This document shows, piece after piece, positions 28,601 through 39,400 of a DNA stretch of 64,000 bases (position 1 is the first letter of the stretch; every line of letters begins with the position of its first letter). This stretch comes from a virus. Both the position numbers and the translations under genes were made by a program. The notes below the pieces were generated by a model. It was not told the origin of the DNA and made no database searches. It saw only the letters and a list, made by a program, of their open reading frames with translations. The stretch spans positions 17,273 through 81,272 of IMG/VR virus record IMGVR_UViG_3300049893_002799. One strand, written 5' to 3'.

Positions 28601-31221
28601 TCTGCATCTTTGGCAGAGTACATTACAAAGTAGCTAGATTGAGGTGTTAAGTTAGCTGTTTTTACATTAACTCGGCTGATTTCAGCAGCCTCATCCGCCA
28701 ACAAACTAAGAAGACCTGAACCAGTATTGAGTGCTACACGACCAGGGTTGAATGCATATACGTTTCTATTTTGACTATCCTCTGGCTGATGTAAGTTTAG
28801 ATGTCCAGAAGGTGCAAGAACAGCGTCGTCCCATGTATACACATTGGTGTCGGCAAAACGATAGAACAAGATGAGCTTGTTCTCAGATATCACATAGTTA
28901 CTTCCCCAGCTCTCAACTGTAGGAACAATGGATCCGCTGCCATCGCGATCGATATCTATAACTGCAATACTGTTAGCAGGAATAGCTATAGGAGAGGTCA
29001 TCGTAATTGTAAGATCTGTACTCCCAGGCTTCTTAAGAGTAAGATCTGCAAGCGCGCTCACTTCCTGGTTAGCGCCGTTGGTCACACTGCGTATATTGGT
29101 GCGACCAATAATCTGCATACCGCGGTCTTGAACCCGATCTGCCATCATTGCTGTTAAGCGAGAGACGCGGGTAGTCAAGCTATCTGTAGACAATGAGTTA
29201 TAGTTCTGATGACCGTTCAGTGCATTATAGCTATTTGGCACACTGTAGTTAGGATATGTTTGTCCCAGCGAGTCCATGCCGATAAACGACATCAAGTTCT
29301 CGCTATCCATGTCGCCTATATTTGTAGTCTCACCGGCTACAACTTTTACAGTACCAAACTCTGTTCTAACATTAAGTCTTGGAAGACTTACAATTTCACC
29401 GGCAACAGGACCAGTAGTAGCAAGAGCAGACGAGATTGGAATCTGTACCTGTGTCGCATTGCGGTAGTTTACTATATACTGTCCGTTCCATGGGGAAGCA
29501 CCGGCGATTAAGATAGTTTCGCCAGATTTGAAACCATGGTTGGCTGTTTCTAGAGAATAGCTGTAAGCAGTACTTCTAGCTGCAGTTGTTATCAAGCCGT
29601 AGTATGCTGCACGACCAAGATCATCGCCAGTAACAGTGGTGTTAATATAGAAAACATCTGCGCTCTCATACTCTACAACATAGGTACCAGCATATGGACC
29701 AGCAGGAATGTTAATTCTATCTTTGTCGACGAGACCGTGACCAACATGTGTACATTTTGCAGTGATGCCGTCAGCATCTGTAATATTTAGCGAAAGAGTG
29801 ACAGAAGATGCTAGCGATAAACCTAGCGAAGTATCTGATCGATAGGCCAGCCAGAAGAAGTTTCCGCCTGCAGCAGCAATACTCGGATCATCGCGATCCG
29901 TGATATTGATGTCTGTGAGTATGTACTCACCTTGTGTGTACTGACCAACTTCAGTACCAGTGGTACCAGCATATACATCACTTAGTCTAATTGACTGCGC
30001 AAGGGCAGGCGTTGTTGTACCGCCCGCTAAAGCAGGTAGTGCATAGAACTCTTCTACTCGTAGGAAATTAAGGTTGGAGTCAGAAGATTTTTTAGCCCAA
30101 TCACCTTTAGATAGGTTGATGAAGGATCCGGTGGCGCCGTTTACATAGTTGATACCGTTTTGCCAGTCAACTGCTGCAGCTACGCCGTTAAAATCTACCT
30201 CACGACTCAGATTAATCCAAGCCACTTTATCTGATGATGGTAGAGTGATTGTGTTTGCGCGGACAATAAGATCCCTATTGTCTATAAGCGAATAATAATG
30301 AATATCTTCAGTCCAGGTCGCCTCACCGGGTGTAGTCCCTGAGTGTTGCCATTCGCCTTTAGATTTTATTGTGCTGCCAAGTGCATCTAAAAATACGTTA
30401 TTGATATTCGGTCCCGCACCTGGAATAGCACTACCCTGATACCAGTACGTAGTACCGCCAATCTCCTTGATGCGAGTCATCACAACATCCATCCACTCTT
30501 TTAGAGTGCGGATGTTCTTGTCTCCACCTTGAAAAGGATTTGGATTCAAGGCGGAAGTCATCGTTGTTGATGGCTCTAGTCGAGCATATGTGGAACTTGG
30601 CTCATTTCTGAAATCATATGTTGAGAACGGGTTTGGCGAAATGCCGCCAGTACCAAGTCTGAAAAACTGGTCACGACAATCTTGAATAGAAGAGATGACA
30701 GAGGCGCCAACAACAACTTTACAGATCGGTATAGTGTTTTCTGGAAAAGTAGAGACAGAGACATTTATCTCAATTTTGAGAGCAGTCTCGGTGTTAACGT
30801 CCTGGCTGAATTCACCGCCTTCGCCACCATTTTGATCCGGGTCCCAGTACGCTCTACTGTCTTTTGCTGTATCAAATGTACTAAATGTTGCGTATACGAA
30901 GTTGGTGGCATTTTTTCTAAGTTCCGGGATGAGAGGCTGTGCATTGATGTTGCCCTCTTCCAAGCCATAGTAGAATGATCCTGCTTTGGAGCCAGGATAG
31001 TAGATGATGGAGTCAGATATGCGGATAGATACGTTTTCAGTACCGATCGCATCTTGTGGACTTATTACGTCTAACCCATAAAGAATATAGGGTTTATCTG
31101 CACCAATGAAACTCTGAATAAGATATTTAAAGTCAGCAGCTGTATAGGAATCTAGCGAGAGAAGATCTGCTAGATCAAGCCTTTCGCCGCTACCAACTAA
31201 TAAGCGCCCTAGTACTGCCAA
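25609..31221 (-). CDS. long tail fibre / baseplate-anchored fibre protein (1870 aa)
   Basis: Four NF(I/L)xxDG..M.A.L.....(I/L)TNL..P....DA.RK.YVD repeats, two GEANTASNVG repeats, fibre-type C-terminus; TTG start with GGAGA SD. Confidence 0.78.
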   Translation of the reverse strand: MAVLGRLLVGSGERLDLADLLSLDSYTAADFKYLIQSFIGADKPYILYGLDVISPQDAIGTENVSIRISDSIIYYPGSKAGSFYYGLEEGNINAQPLIPELRKNATNFVYATFSTFDTAKDSRAYWDPDQNGGEGGEFSQDVNTETALKIEINVSVSTFPENTIPICKVVVGASVISSIQDCRDQFFRLGTGGISPNPFSTYDFRNEPSSTYARLEPSTTMTSALNPNPFQGGDKNIRTLKEWMDVVMTRIKEIGGTTYWYQGSAIPGAGPNINNVFLDALGSTIKSKGEWQHSGTTPGEATWTEDIHYYSLIDNRDLIVRANTITLPSSDKVAWINLSREVDFNGVAAAVDWQNGINYVNGATGSFINLSKGDWAKKSSDSNLNFLRVEEFYALPALAGGTTTPALAQSIRLSDVYAGTTGTEVGQYTQGEYILTDINITDRDDPSIAAAGGNFFWLAYRSDTSLGLSLASSVTLSLNITDADGITAKCTHVGHGLVDKDRINIPAGPYAGTYVVEYESADVFYINTTVTGDDLGRAAYYGLITTAARSTAYSYSLETANHGFKSGETILIAGASPWNGQYIVNYRNATQVQIPISSALATTGPVAGEIVSLPRLNVRTEFGTVKVVAGETTNIGDMDSENLMSFIGMDSLGQTYPNYSVPNSYNALNGHQNYNSLSTDSLTTRVSRLTAMMADRVQDRGMQIIGRTNIRSVTNGANQEVSALADLTLKKPGSTDLTITMTSPIAIPANSIAVIDIDRDGSGSIVPTVESWGSNYVISENKLILFYRFADTNVYTWDDAVLAPSGHLNLHQPEDSQNRNVYAFNPGRVALNTGSGLLSLLADEAAEISRVNVKTANLTPQSSYFVMYSAKDAEKYVVWYNKDTLGTQPVVAGTTVYIEVNIATGDSAAVVASNTIGAINGAASVEVTASSYSSDTVLLTNDAVGSTTNIADGAVGTTYTFTVQQSGFDPDIEIIIPGAANRNIVDVDAINALGTLILADGQCAWVRINRFAAKTFNTISLTDTPDTDLAGAIYITNIDVAPIDQDVFILWTRIQDTIAETNKAQRPDGNVYDETYVVVAGIPSNQYELQGPVLAGVELILPNDSRDVISGIQEYIVGSGQLEIYLNGQYLRSVDNWSEIGTTGALSKRITLTQDLEIGDKLTFRIDAHGAVYFASDGSGGGDLQDSYDAGRFINISSGQPIVITGPASQKLMSIQGDIEVTGVIDPAGLTLSQEASDPLGASDYGFWRNASDQLIFKRGANPAFNFDTNFIRRDGSLNMLADLDLNNFKITNIAAPIAGTDAARKTDVDSLSTTINNDFIRRDGTNTMQANLDMDSNQLTNLPAPISGNDATRKSYVDTNFLKLNGGNPMQADLDMDGFKIVDLGAPTNPNDATRKTYVDSNFLKLDGTNPMAANLNFNGFKGTNLLDPTAAQDAATKNYVDTAGKDKVLTLYTNLSGSTINAGTIVYVTASGSIAPANASSLNTAKGTIGVATTNIAHLAAGYVQVKGKIAVNGTLAVGNIAYLSTSTGAATTTPPSTSGDSLVILGVATATSEVELQVQFVRVLENAYDETYDIVSGAPSNDYELTGPITTGTTLTLPDDSRDGGNPRSYIVGEGILQLYLNGDKLRTGVDYTEIGTIGTQSTQVQIQQDLSIGDSLTFVVPLVGETVVVGVGGGEANTASNVGTGAGNVFKQKNGIDLEFRRIKAGTNISVSQIGDDVEIAAVGSGEANTASNVGGGAGVFKQKTGVDLELRSLTSTSGVSVTQNASTIDISAKLNVRSISSTDTALLSDDLILVNTSGGIVTINLPAAASALGKKYYIKKIDSSSNNMVLDPNGAETIDGASTKTSNVQYEAFTIVCDGTTWWLV

Positions 31222-31266
31222 AGTTAGTTCTCCATATGCCTGAGTTCACTTAAAATTATACCGTAA

Positions 31267-33390
31267 CTATTGCTGACCTATCGGCCATAATGTATCACTG
31301 TCGCTACGATATACATCAAGTGTATTGTATAGCTGCTGGGGATACCTGATTAGAAATTCTATGAATATACCTACCGACTTAACTTGTCTCATCAAGTCTT
31401 GGAGTATTTCTCTAGCTACAGCTGGATCGGTCACGTACATACTGTACTCTTTTCCGAGCCCACTCATCACTATAGCCCCTCGCTTCCTGATTACCGTAAC
31501 ACTTGAACCTATCTCGTGGTTTTGTTTAAAAACATAAGCTGGATCAAGTTGAAGAGAGTTAGCTGTAGGCTTATATAATATCCTAACAGGACCCTCCTGA
31601 AACTCTGTACCGAAATCAAAAATAGCGTACGATTCCTGGTCCGCAATATTATTTGGCGAGGCAATCGGCAATGTTCTTACATTGTTACCCGCTTTTATCT
31701 CACTTTGTATAGTAGATGTAAGTGAAGATAGTACAAAAGCCGCATTTTTATCCCAAATGTATGGACCATATATACCGGTATCTAGTTGAGCACTTGTTAG
31801 ATAGGCAATACTTCCCTCATTTGCCATACCTACTCTTTCTACCCTGCAAACTCCACCAGTATTGATGCCAGCAGGCCCAACTGCAGAGTATGTGAAGGAT
31901 GTTGGGGTTGGAACCGTCTCGATTAAGAAGGTTCCGTTCATCGTAGTATCCGCTACAGTATTTTGAACTCTTACCCCTTCGCCAACAGCAAATCCATGAG
32001 GCAAAGTTGTGACCACAGTAACTGTAGTACCTGCGCGAGTAGCAGTCGATATATTTGCTTCAAATAGGCCTGCTATTTCTGGTAAATCAGGTGTAATTCC
32101 GTTAAGTACATTGCCTGTTTTAGAGGTGTATGAGTATATTTGCTTCTTGTCAAAGCGCGTATTAAAGTCCTTGGTTACAACAATGTCTTCAGAAACAGTG
32201 AGTATATGTGTCTGAATTTCTTCAAGTTCTTGAAGCACAAACTGTCCACCGTTGAGCGGCCAATCAGAGGCATCTGTAAGTTCTAGAGATGTTGCACTCA
32301 GGCGATTTTCTACTCTTTGTGAAAAATCGTTGAAGTGAGCCGAACCAATCAAACTACGCTTAACAACAGGTGGTGATGCCGGCATTTCCACTATAATTTC
32401 ACCTGGTGAAACTTCCCACACTACAGATCTAGAATCATTGCTGTATATTACTAATTTTAAAGGTGCTCTAAAGTTTAAAAACGTTGACGATGTGTGAACA
32501 TGCGAACCAGGAGTACCAAATAAGTTAACAAACGTGAACGAGTTTGTTGACAAATCTATACTCTTGACTTCAAACGAACCACTGTTTCCCGGTATTTCAA
32601 TTATTGCGATGTCCCCAACTTGGACCTGATTTAAGTTTGGTGTCGATCCACCGGTGTGCTGAAACGTCATCGTATCGCCGACTTTGGTTATTGTCCAAGT
32701 GGTTCCGACGCTTGCACCGGCTAGATTATTAAAGCCTTTAAATTTTAAAGCAATATCGGCTCTACCACCTAGAACTTGCACCGATCCTTTTGAGCCAATG
32801 GTGTTAGTGAATAATCTGATGAATTTTTTCTTCTGAATACGATCATCAAACACAATGGCGAATGAGTTAGTTGCCTGCCTGTTGATGGCTCCCACTATCT
32901 CTTCAGCAGTAGCAGCGGCGATATTGGTAAAATCTTCGCTCTTAAATATGATACGTTCGTCTATGTTCTGGTCAATTTTATACTGTAGTTCCCAGCCATT
33001 ACTAAGAGCAAATGGTTCAAATGACTCAGATTGACTGAAGGAGGTAGTTGTTTCTTTAAAGAAGAAGATGTCAAGAAGCATGTCCATCACTAACTTTACT
33101 TGCTTAGGCTGATAAGCTAGCACTGGAATATACTTACGAAAATCAGAATCTTGCATACCGACGTAGCGCGGACGCGCCACCTTAAAGTTAGATCCTAATC
33201 TGTCCAAATATGGGCGTGAGGCAGTCTTTACAAAAAATTGCTTACGAACTTCTTCTACTAGATCCGCAAGATTTTGATCAGACTCACCGAGGGCTTCAAC
33301 AAGAGCTTTCCAGTTCGGATTCTGACGAGTCTTAAAATATCTCGGCAGCTCGTCGTGTATGCGATCTATTTTGCTCTTATTAGATGCCAT
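31267..33390 (-). CDS. baseplate wedge protein (gpI/gp7-like by position)
   Basis: ASRPYLDRLG...DSDFRK N-terminal motif; directly follows baseplate J; ends in TAG. Confidence 0.7.
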   Translation of the reverse strand: MASNKSKIDRIHDELPRYFKTRQNPNWKALVEALGESDQNLADLVEEVRKQFFVKTASRPYLDRLGSNFKVARPRYVGMQDSDFRKYIPVLAYQPKQVKLVMDMLLDIFFFKETTTSFSQSESFEPFALSNGWELQYKIDQNIDERIIFKSEDFTNIAAATAEEIVGAINRQATNSFAIVFDDRIQKKKFIRLFTNTIGSKGSVQVLGGRADIALKFKGFNNLAGASVGTTWTITKVGDTMTFQHTGGSTPNLNQVQVGDIAIIEIPGNSGSFEVKSIDLSTNSFTFVNLFGTPGSHVHTSSTFLNFRAPLKLVIYSNDSRSVVWEVSPGEIIVEMPASPPVVKRSLIGSAHFNDFSQRVENRLSATSLELTDASDWPLNGGQFVLQELEEIQTHILTVSEDIVVTKDFNTRFDKKQIYSYTSKTGNVLNGITPDLPEIAGLFEANISTATRAGTTVTVVTTLPHGFAVGEGVRVQNTVADTTMNGTFLIETVPTPTSFTYSAVGPAGINTGGVCRVERVGMANEGSIAYLTSAQLDTGIYGPYIWDKNAAFVLSSLTSTIQSEIKAGNNVRTLPIASPNNIADQESYAIFDFGTEFQEGPVRILYKPTANSLQLDPAYVFKQNHEIGSSVTVIRKRGAIVMSGLGKEYSMYVTDPAVAREILQDLMRQVKSVGIFIEFLIRYPQQLYNTLDVYRSDSDTLWPIGQQ

Positions 33391-33411
33391 TCATGACCTC
33401 GAAATAATAAA

Positions 33412-36400
33412 TTACGCTACACTGATATCTGAAGGTTCTATAAATGCTCTCTCATTGTCGGAGACAGGTATTCTGCCCTCTGTAGTAGCAAGTAGTGAAC
33501 TTACAGTAACTGCTTCAACACCGGTTATACCCATCACTCTTACTATCACTTCAGCAAGAATGGCGTCGTTGCCTACACCTAAAGTATTGATGTAGTTAAT
33601 TATAGCAGACTTGATATCGTTAGTTACATCATTTAAGTTAACACCTTCATTGGTAGTTACCTGAAGAGTCATGCTTACGCGCTTAATCAGTGGCGGTAGG
33701 GTTTCAATAATGCCGCCAATAGCTCGACGACCTGGATATGTGATAGAGTCAGGCTCATACCCGTCAACAATCCTCTGCACCGTACGCATCAGTCCCGTAT
33801 AGTATGTGTAACCATCGATACCTGTCGTAACATCTGTAGAGTAGTCTAATTTACCTATAGGCTGAATCTGCGAACCGTTGGCTTGAGCAATCTTGTATGC
33901 TCTTGTTGCCGGAACCATGAATATCTGGCGCCTATTTTCATTAAATACATCAATCGCTGTGTGCTCAACGCGTCTCATCGAGCGATATGTGTTCTTCTCG
34001 CCTTCCAGCAAGAAATATCCTATTGGACTTACACTTATCTGTCGAGCTGTTTGAGACTGACCAGCAGAGTTTTCTATACGAACAAAAGGTCTACAATCCG
34101 ATGTGCTGCCAATCTGTACTATATTAAACGAGCCCGAGTTAACTGAACTAAACCAGTTTGTGTTTGCTATATTGTCCACAAACAGAGTATCATCAATGCG
34201 CGCTGAGTCTCCCTCAAATACTTGAATATCATTGATGCTACTTAAGTATACACCTTTATTGATGTCAGAATTCTGATCCAAGGATACGCCTATAGACGTG
34301 GCGGTCGTTCCTTGGTAATTGCCACCAAGATAAATTATTGTAGCAGTGTCAAAAGAGCCTGTATTTTTACCAATAACCTGACGATAAAGTGTCTCATCGT
34401 CTTCTTTTTTCTTAACCCAGTCACCAGTAGCGAGATTCTTAAACGATCCAGCTATACCGATAACTTGATCGGAGTTAGAGGTCCAATTGACAGATATGTC
34501 TAAGTTATTGAATGCAACTAATGTATCGAGCTCTTCAACAGCAATCTCATTCTGGAAAATTAATGCATCATTGCTTACGCCGAGTATTCTAAAAGTACCC
34601 GAATTAGTGCTCTTGAATGTATCGCCGGATATCACTAGTGTGTCATCGATAGCAATACCGCAGTCGATAAAACCAGGTGCATCACCGTCTATATGGCGAA
34701 TCTTATATAGATTATTGAAACCCAAAGACTCTACAGCATATCTAGTAATTGCAGCACCATTTTTAATAACATGGCCTTTTAAGTAGGTAGCTGTAGAACC
34801 AGCAGCAACATCTGTGTACGTGAACTGTGTGGGACTTATTACAGATACCACTGTCTTTGTAACCGTAGCTCCAGAATACAGTGGGTTATCCGATATATCT
34901 GTAGAATCACCCTCTTTAAGACCATGCGGTGAAGTAGTACTAACAGTATAAGTCGTACTTAAGTTGACGGTACTTATTTGTACTATGGCTGCTTTTGCAG
35001 AATGCTTAAGGTTCCATCGGATTATCGGAGAAGGAGCAATATTCACGCTTCCTGTGCCGATAGCCTGGTTTGTCATTGCAACGCCAGATGGATTCACTAC
35101 ATCAACGTACCTACTAGCGGCGTTTACGTTAATAATTGGAAGTCCAGCTACATTAGTATCACCAGTAGATTTAGCCTTATTACCGCTGCTCCAGCCGCCT
35201 GGGAATGTATTGTATGCGCAAAGTAGATCACCAGCAACAACATCATCCAGGTTTGCACCTTGCGTCTGCGATCCGGTGAAATGGGTTAAGAATGCAGGAG
35301 TTGACAGGAGCTTAATTGCCAGTGCAGACACGATTTGGTCTTCGGTATCTGTGCTTAGGATATCAACTTCTATTTTATTGGTTGCGGCTATATAAGTAGC
35401 ACCAGTAGGAGCTGTACCTGCATTGTTGACATCAAACCATACGGCAAAAGTTACGCCGCCGGCTGTCTGGAACGTGAAGTAATCTGCTTGCGTAGGAACA
35501 CCTGATACAGTTAATCTGAAATGTTGCTTAGTTCCAGGAGTAAATGGTGGAACTACCAAATCATTGATACCTAAGGTAAACAACTCGAATTGTAGGTTTG
35601 CCGCATCAGTGATACCTGCTGCAATCTCGTCATCGGGCCCTATAGAGGCAGCACCATTGACAACTGCTGTTATGTCGAAATAAGATCCACCATCATTGTG
35701 TGTCCAGCGCCAGATTGTTCCAGCAGGACGCCCGTAGGTTGTAGATTGGTCTGCTATAGTCCAGCGAACATATGGACTAAACTGAGTATCCTTGTGGTTC
35801 CAGCGATACTCGACATTGCTGCCCACGCCCTTAAATACATCAATGGTGTCAGACAACTGTAGGCGAGATAGTCGTTTTGTCGGTTGTGCGTTCACAACTT
35901 CGACGTAGTCTCCCTTTGTTAAAGTAACAGGGAAAGCTGCCGTCTTAACTTCCAAGAAGTCCTTGCTTGCTCCTGGAGAAACTTGACCATCGCCAAATAT
36001 CGATAGGTCGACGCTGTTAGCGTTTCCGCCAATAACTTCTACAGCACCATCAGATCCAAGTTGCTTAGACTTAATCTGTACTTTACGAATTGCATTAGAT
36101 ATAGAGATGTCTGACACAATAGGTAGCTGTGATAAGGCTTTTTGTGTAAAGTGATGATAAACATTGTTCAATGTGACAGGTACTAACTTAAAGAATTCGC
36201 CAAGGTCTGCTGTATCATGGTTGGGTGCAGTATCTAGCGAATAAGCTGTCGGAGCAACACCTTGGAGAATCAGTGCTTTCTTTAAGGTGAAGTTAGGTGC
36301 CGTATTCTCAAACTGCTTAACCCAGCTCAAGCCATCGTAGAGAGACACGTACCCATTGATGCTATTCAGCGGATCCGGATCATGCCCATATGATAAGGAC

Positions 36401-39400
36401 AAGCTATAGTTATTAGGACCAGCAGGAACATACTCTTCGTCGCGAGTTGCCTTTGTGATCGGGTTTGTGCCATCAACTTCAGCAGCATATAAAATATTGC
36501 TGTCGCTGTTTATCTTAGACACTATATCAGATACAGCTGTTCCTGTTAAGGAGAATATCATTATCGATGTAGCTATTGCTACGGTTTCATCAACTGGATT
36601 TACGCCAGATACAGACTGAGCAACAGTGAATCCAGACGTACCAGCACTCTGACCAGTTCTACCGCCATCTGCTCCGTCTGTAACAGTAATCACGTTGGCG
36701 AGCACCGTTGCAGATGCATACGCGGAATCACTGTTTATTACCACGGCAGTTTTTGTTGCAATCGTGTTAGCTCCATCACCTGCGGCGACAGTAGGAATAC
36801 GCACTGCTCGGCTCGCTCCATGAAGCGGTTGTGGAGTAACACCGGTAACGTCGTACCAGAATGCCACAGTTCCATCAACATCTGGCAGAATGAAATACTT
36901 ACCGTCTACGCTTGATGGGTTAGAGCCAGCAACAAGTATAGTCGCTGTTAATGTTGCACCAAGGTTGCCGACAGTTGGTGTGCCAAACAGTCCTTCATCA
37001 GCATTAGTAACAGTAACAACAAGTCCCGCAGCAATAGCGTCAAATTCAGGGTCTGCTGTAATCGCTGCGGCTGTTTTAGCAGCTACAGTGATATCGGAAT
37101 CAGTGCCCAAAGCTTTAACGACAATAATCCTATTCGCACCACCGTAAAAAGCTGGCGGATTGACAATACTGTCCGTGTCGAACACAACTGCGACTTTACC
37201 AGCAGAATCATACAGTTCAAAGTATTCATCTTCATTGATGTCAGCAGGGTTACCACTAACATGAGTAAAGCCAGAAAACTGTACTACAGTCTTAGACCCT
37301 ACGATATCTGCTATAGTTGTAACTGTACTAACTTCAGGTGAACCTACGCCGGTTACTGCACCATTTGGGTTATATACATCTACGGTTTTTGTTAGGTTGT
37401 TAACACCTTTAATTCTAAACTGCCCACGATTCTGTATACTAATCCCAGAATCCGCCAGCATGCTGATAATGTCACCCACTACCACTGTTGCTAGGTTAGT
37501 TGCAGGATTCAGGAATGTCAGACGGTAGTCATCGCCACCTAATGATGTTACGCTAATCTGATCACCTGCCGTTACACCAGTGGCCTTAATAACACCTGAA
37601 CCAAATACGTATGTGTCGGTAGTATAGTCTGGTGTAGTATCATGTGATACCAAGCTATTCTGATTAGGGAAAGTAGGATACTCAATGCGGAATCTATAGT
37701 TATCACCATGAGGCCCGTACTCTCTAGCACGAAGAAGCATAGCTCCACCGCCAGATGTGGCTCCACCAGATACATACCAGTTTCTTGAGCGGAACCAAAC
37801 TGCATAATCTTTAAACTCTGTCTTGTTAGCAGTCTTTCCCCATACCTGTAAACTTGAGAATGTAATGCCTGGCTCATTGTCTACGTCATGTGCAGAGAAT
37901 GATAGGTCAGTGGGTGGGAAACTACTACTAATACGACCAGTTCGCGACATCTTGATATCAATCGTTTTTGCGACCGAGTCTTGATCAAGGATAAGTACGA
38001 TACTATCTTCTGCATTTATGGACACAGGGCGCATTAGATTGAATCTGTCGCCCGCACTATAGTCCATAAGCGTTCTTGGGAGCGCGTGCTGAGTTCCAAC
38101 TTTATCAGTTGCAAGTTTATCGCGTACGCTTCTGTAGTGTCCTTTGTTGTTGCCGGATAGATTGTTAATAACATCATCGTAGTCAACAACCGCAGGATCT
38201 AGGTTATCTGTGGACTGGAGCTCTTCACTGTAGGTATCAATACCTTCAGTTCCTGGAACAGCACTAGATGTGAGGTTGCCGCCTATATCACTATAGGTTA
38301 CGCGATCTAGCCATACATTCTTATTGGGTACAGCATCTGCGCTCTCATTAGTAGGCTCAGTAATCTTGAAGAATGTTACTGCGTCTTTAGACGATACTCT
38401 GTTTGCTATATGAGATGGGTTGCCCTCATTTTGACCTTGTTGACTTTCAAACAGTAGAGTCGAGTTTCCGCTTGATACAGGTAGCGCTATACTGCCTTCA
38501 TCTTCTGTGGTAGAAGAGATCTTGATAGCATCTGTTTTAAATATAGATGCTCTCACGTTAACGAGGTTGCTGTTTATCGTATCCACGATATTCTGTATAG
38601 TTGCAGACGGAGGCGTCGCAGTAAACGATCCTTTCCACAGTTGAGGATATTCGTCGGAGCTAAAAATCTGTATATCTTCTGATGCAAGAACTACATGTAC
38701 ACCTGGAACAATGTTGACATTTTTAACTTCAATATATGAATCAGTACTGGCCGTCGTATGCTCACCTTTAGATATTATTCTATAGAGTCCGCAGTTAGCA
38801 GGATCAATCCAGCTGCCGATACCGCGACTAGCTATATAGATATAGTCGTGCGGTTGAGCTGCATCAAAAGCAGATAGTGAGTCAGACATGAGTCTCATGA
38901 CATCGCTACCTTGATCAGTTACGGTGATGGTATTTCCAATCGCTAAGCCAACACCAAACCTTGGCTCAACTTTCTGAGCGTCAGCTACAACTAGCAGCTC
39001 AGCAGCCCTATTATTGGAATCCAATGATACGTTGAAGTTACCAGTTATAGTTTCACTAGATGTGAAGCTACCTTTGGCATCATCAGTTCCAGCGGTTACT
39101 GTATCGCCCATTGCGATATCGCGCAGTATCCTGAGATTACCTGTCTGACGATTTAGTTCAAAATCTGAATTTTGACCTACAGCCGATATCTCTTGATTAC
39201 TAAAGAATTTATCGAAATAAGTTCCACCCTCAATAATGAGCGCAGACGATGATCCTTCTTTATTGGATATGATCTGCATGCGGCCACTTGAAGTAGCTGT
39301 TGCAGTAATACCGGCATACTTATTGTTGAAAGCTGTAACCCAGTCTTCCAGCGTCAAGGAGGCGAACGGAGAACCACCGAAATCTGTGGTACTAAAACTA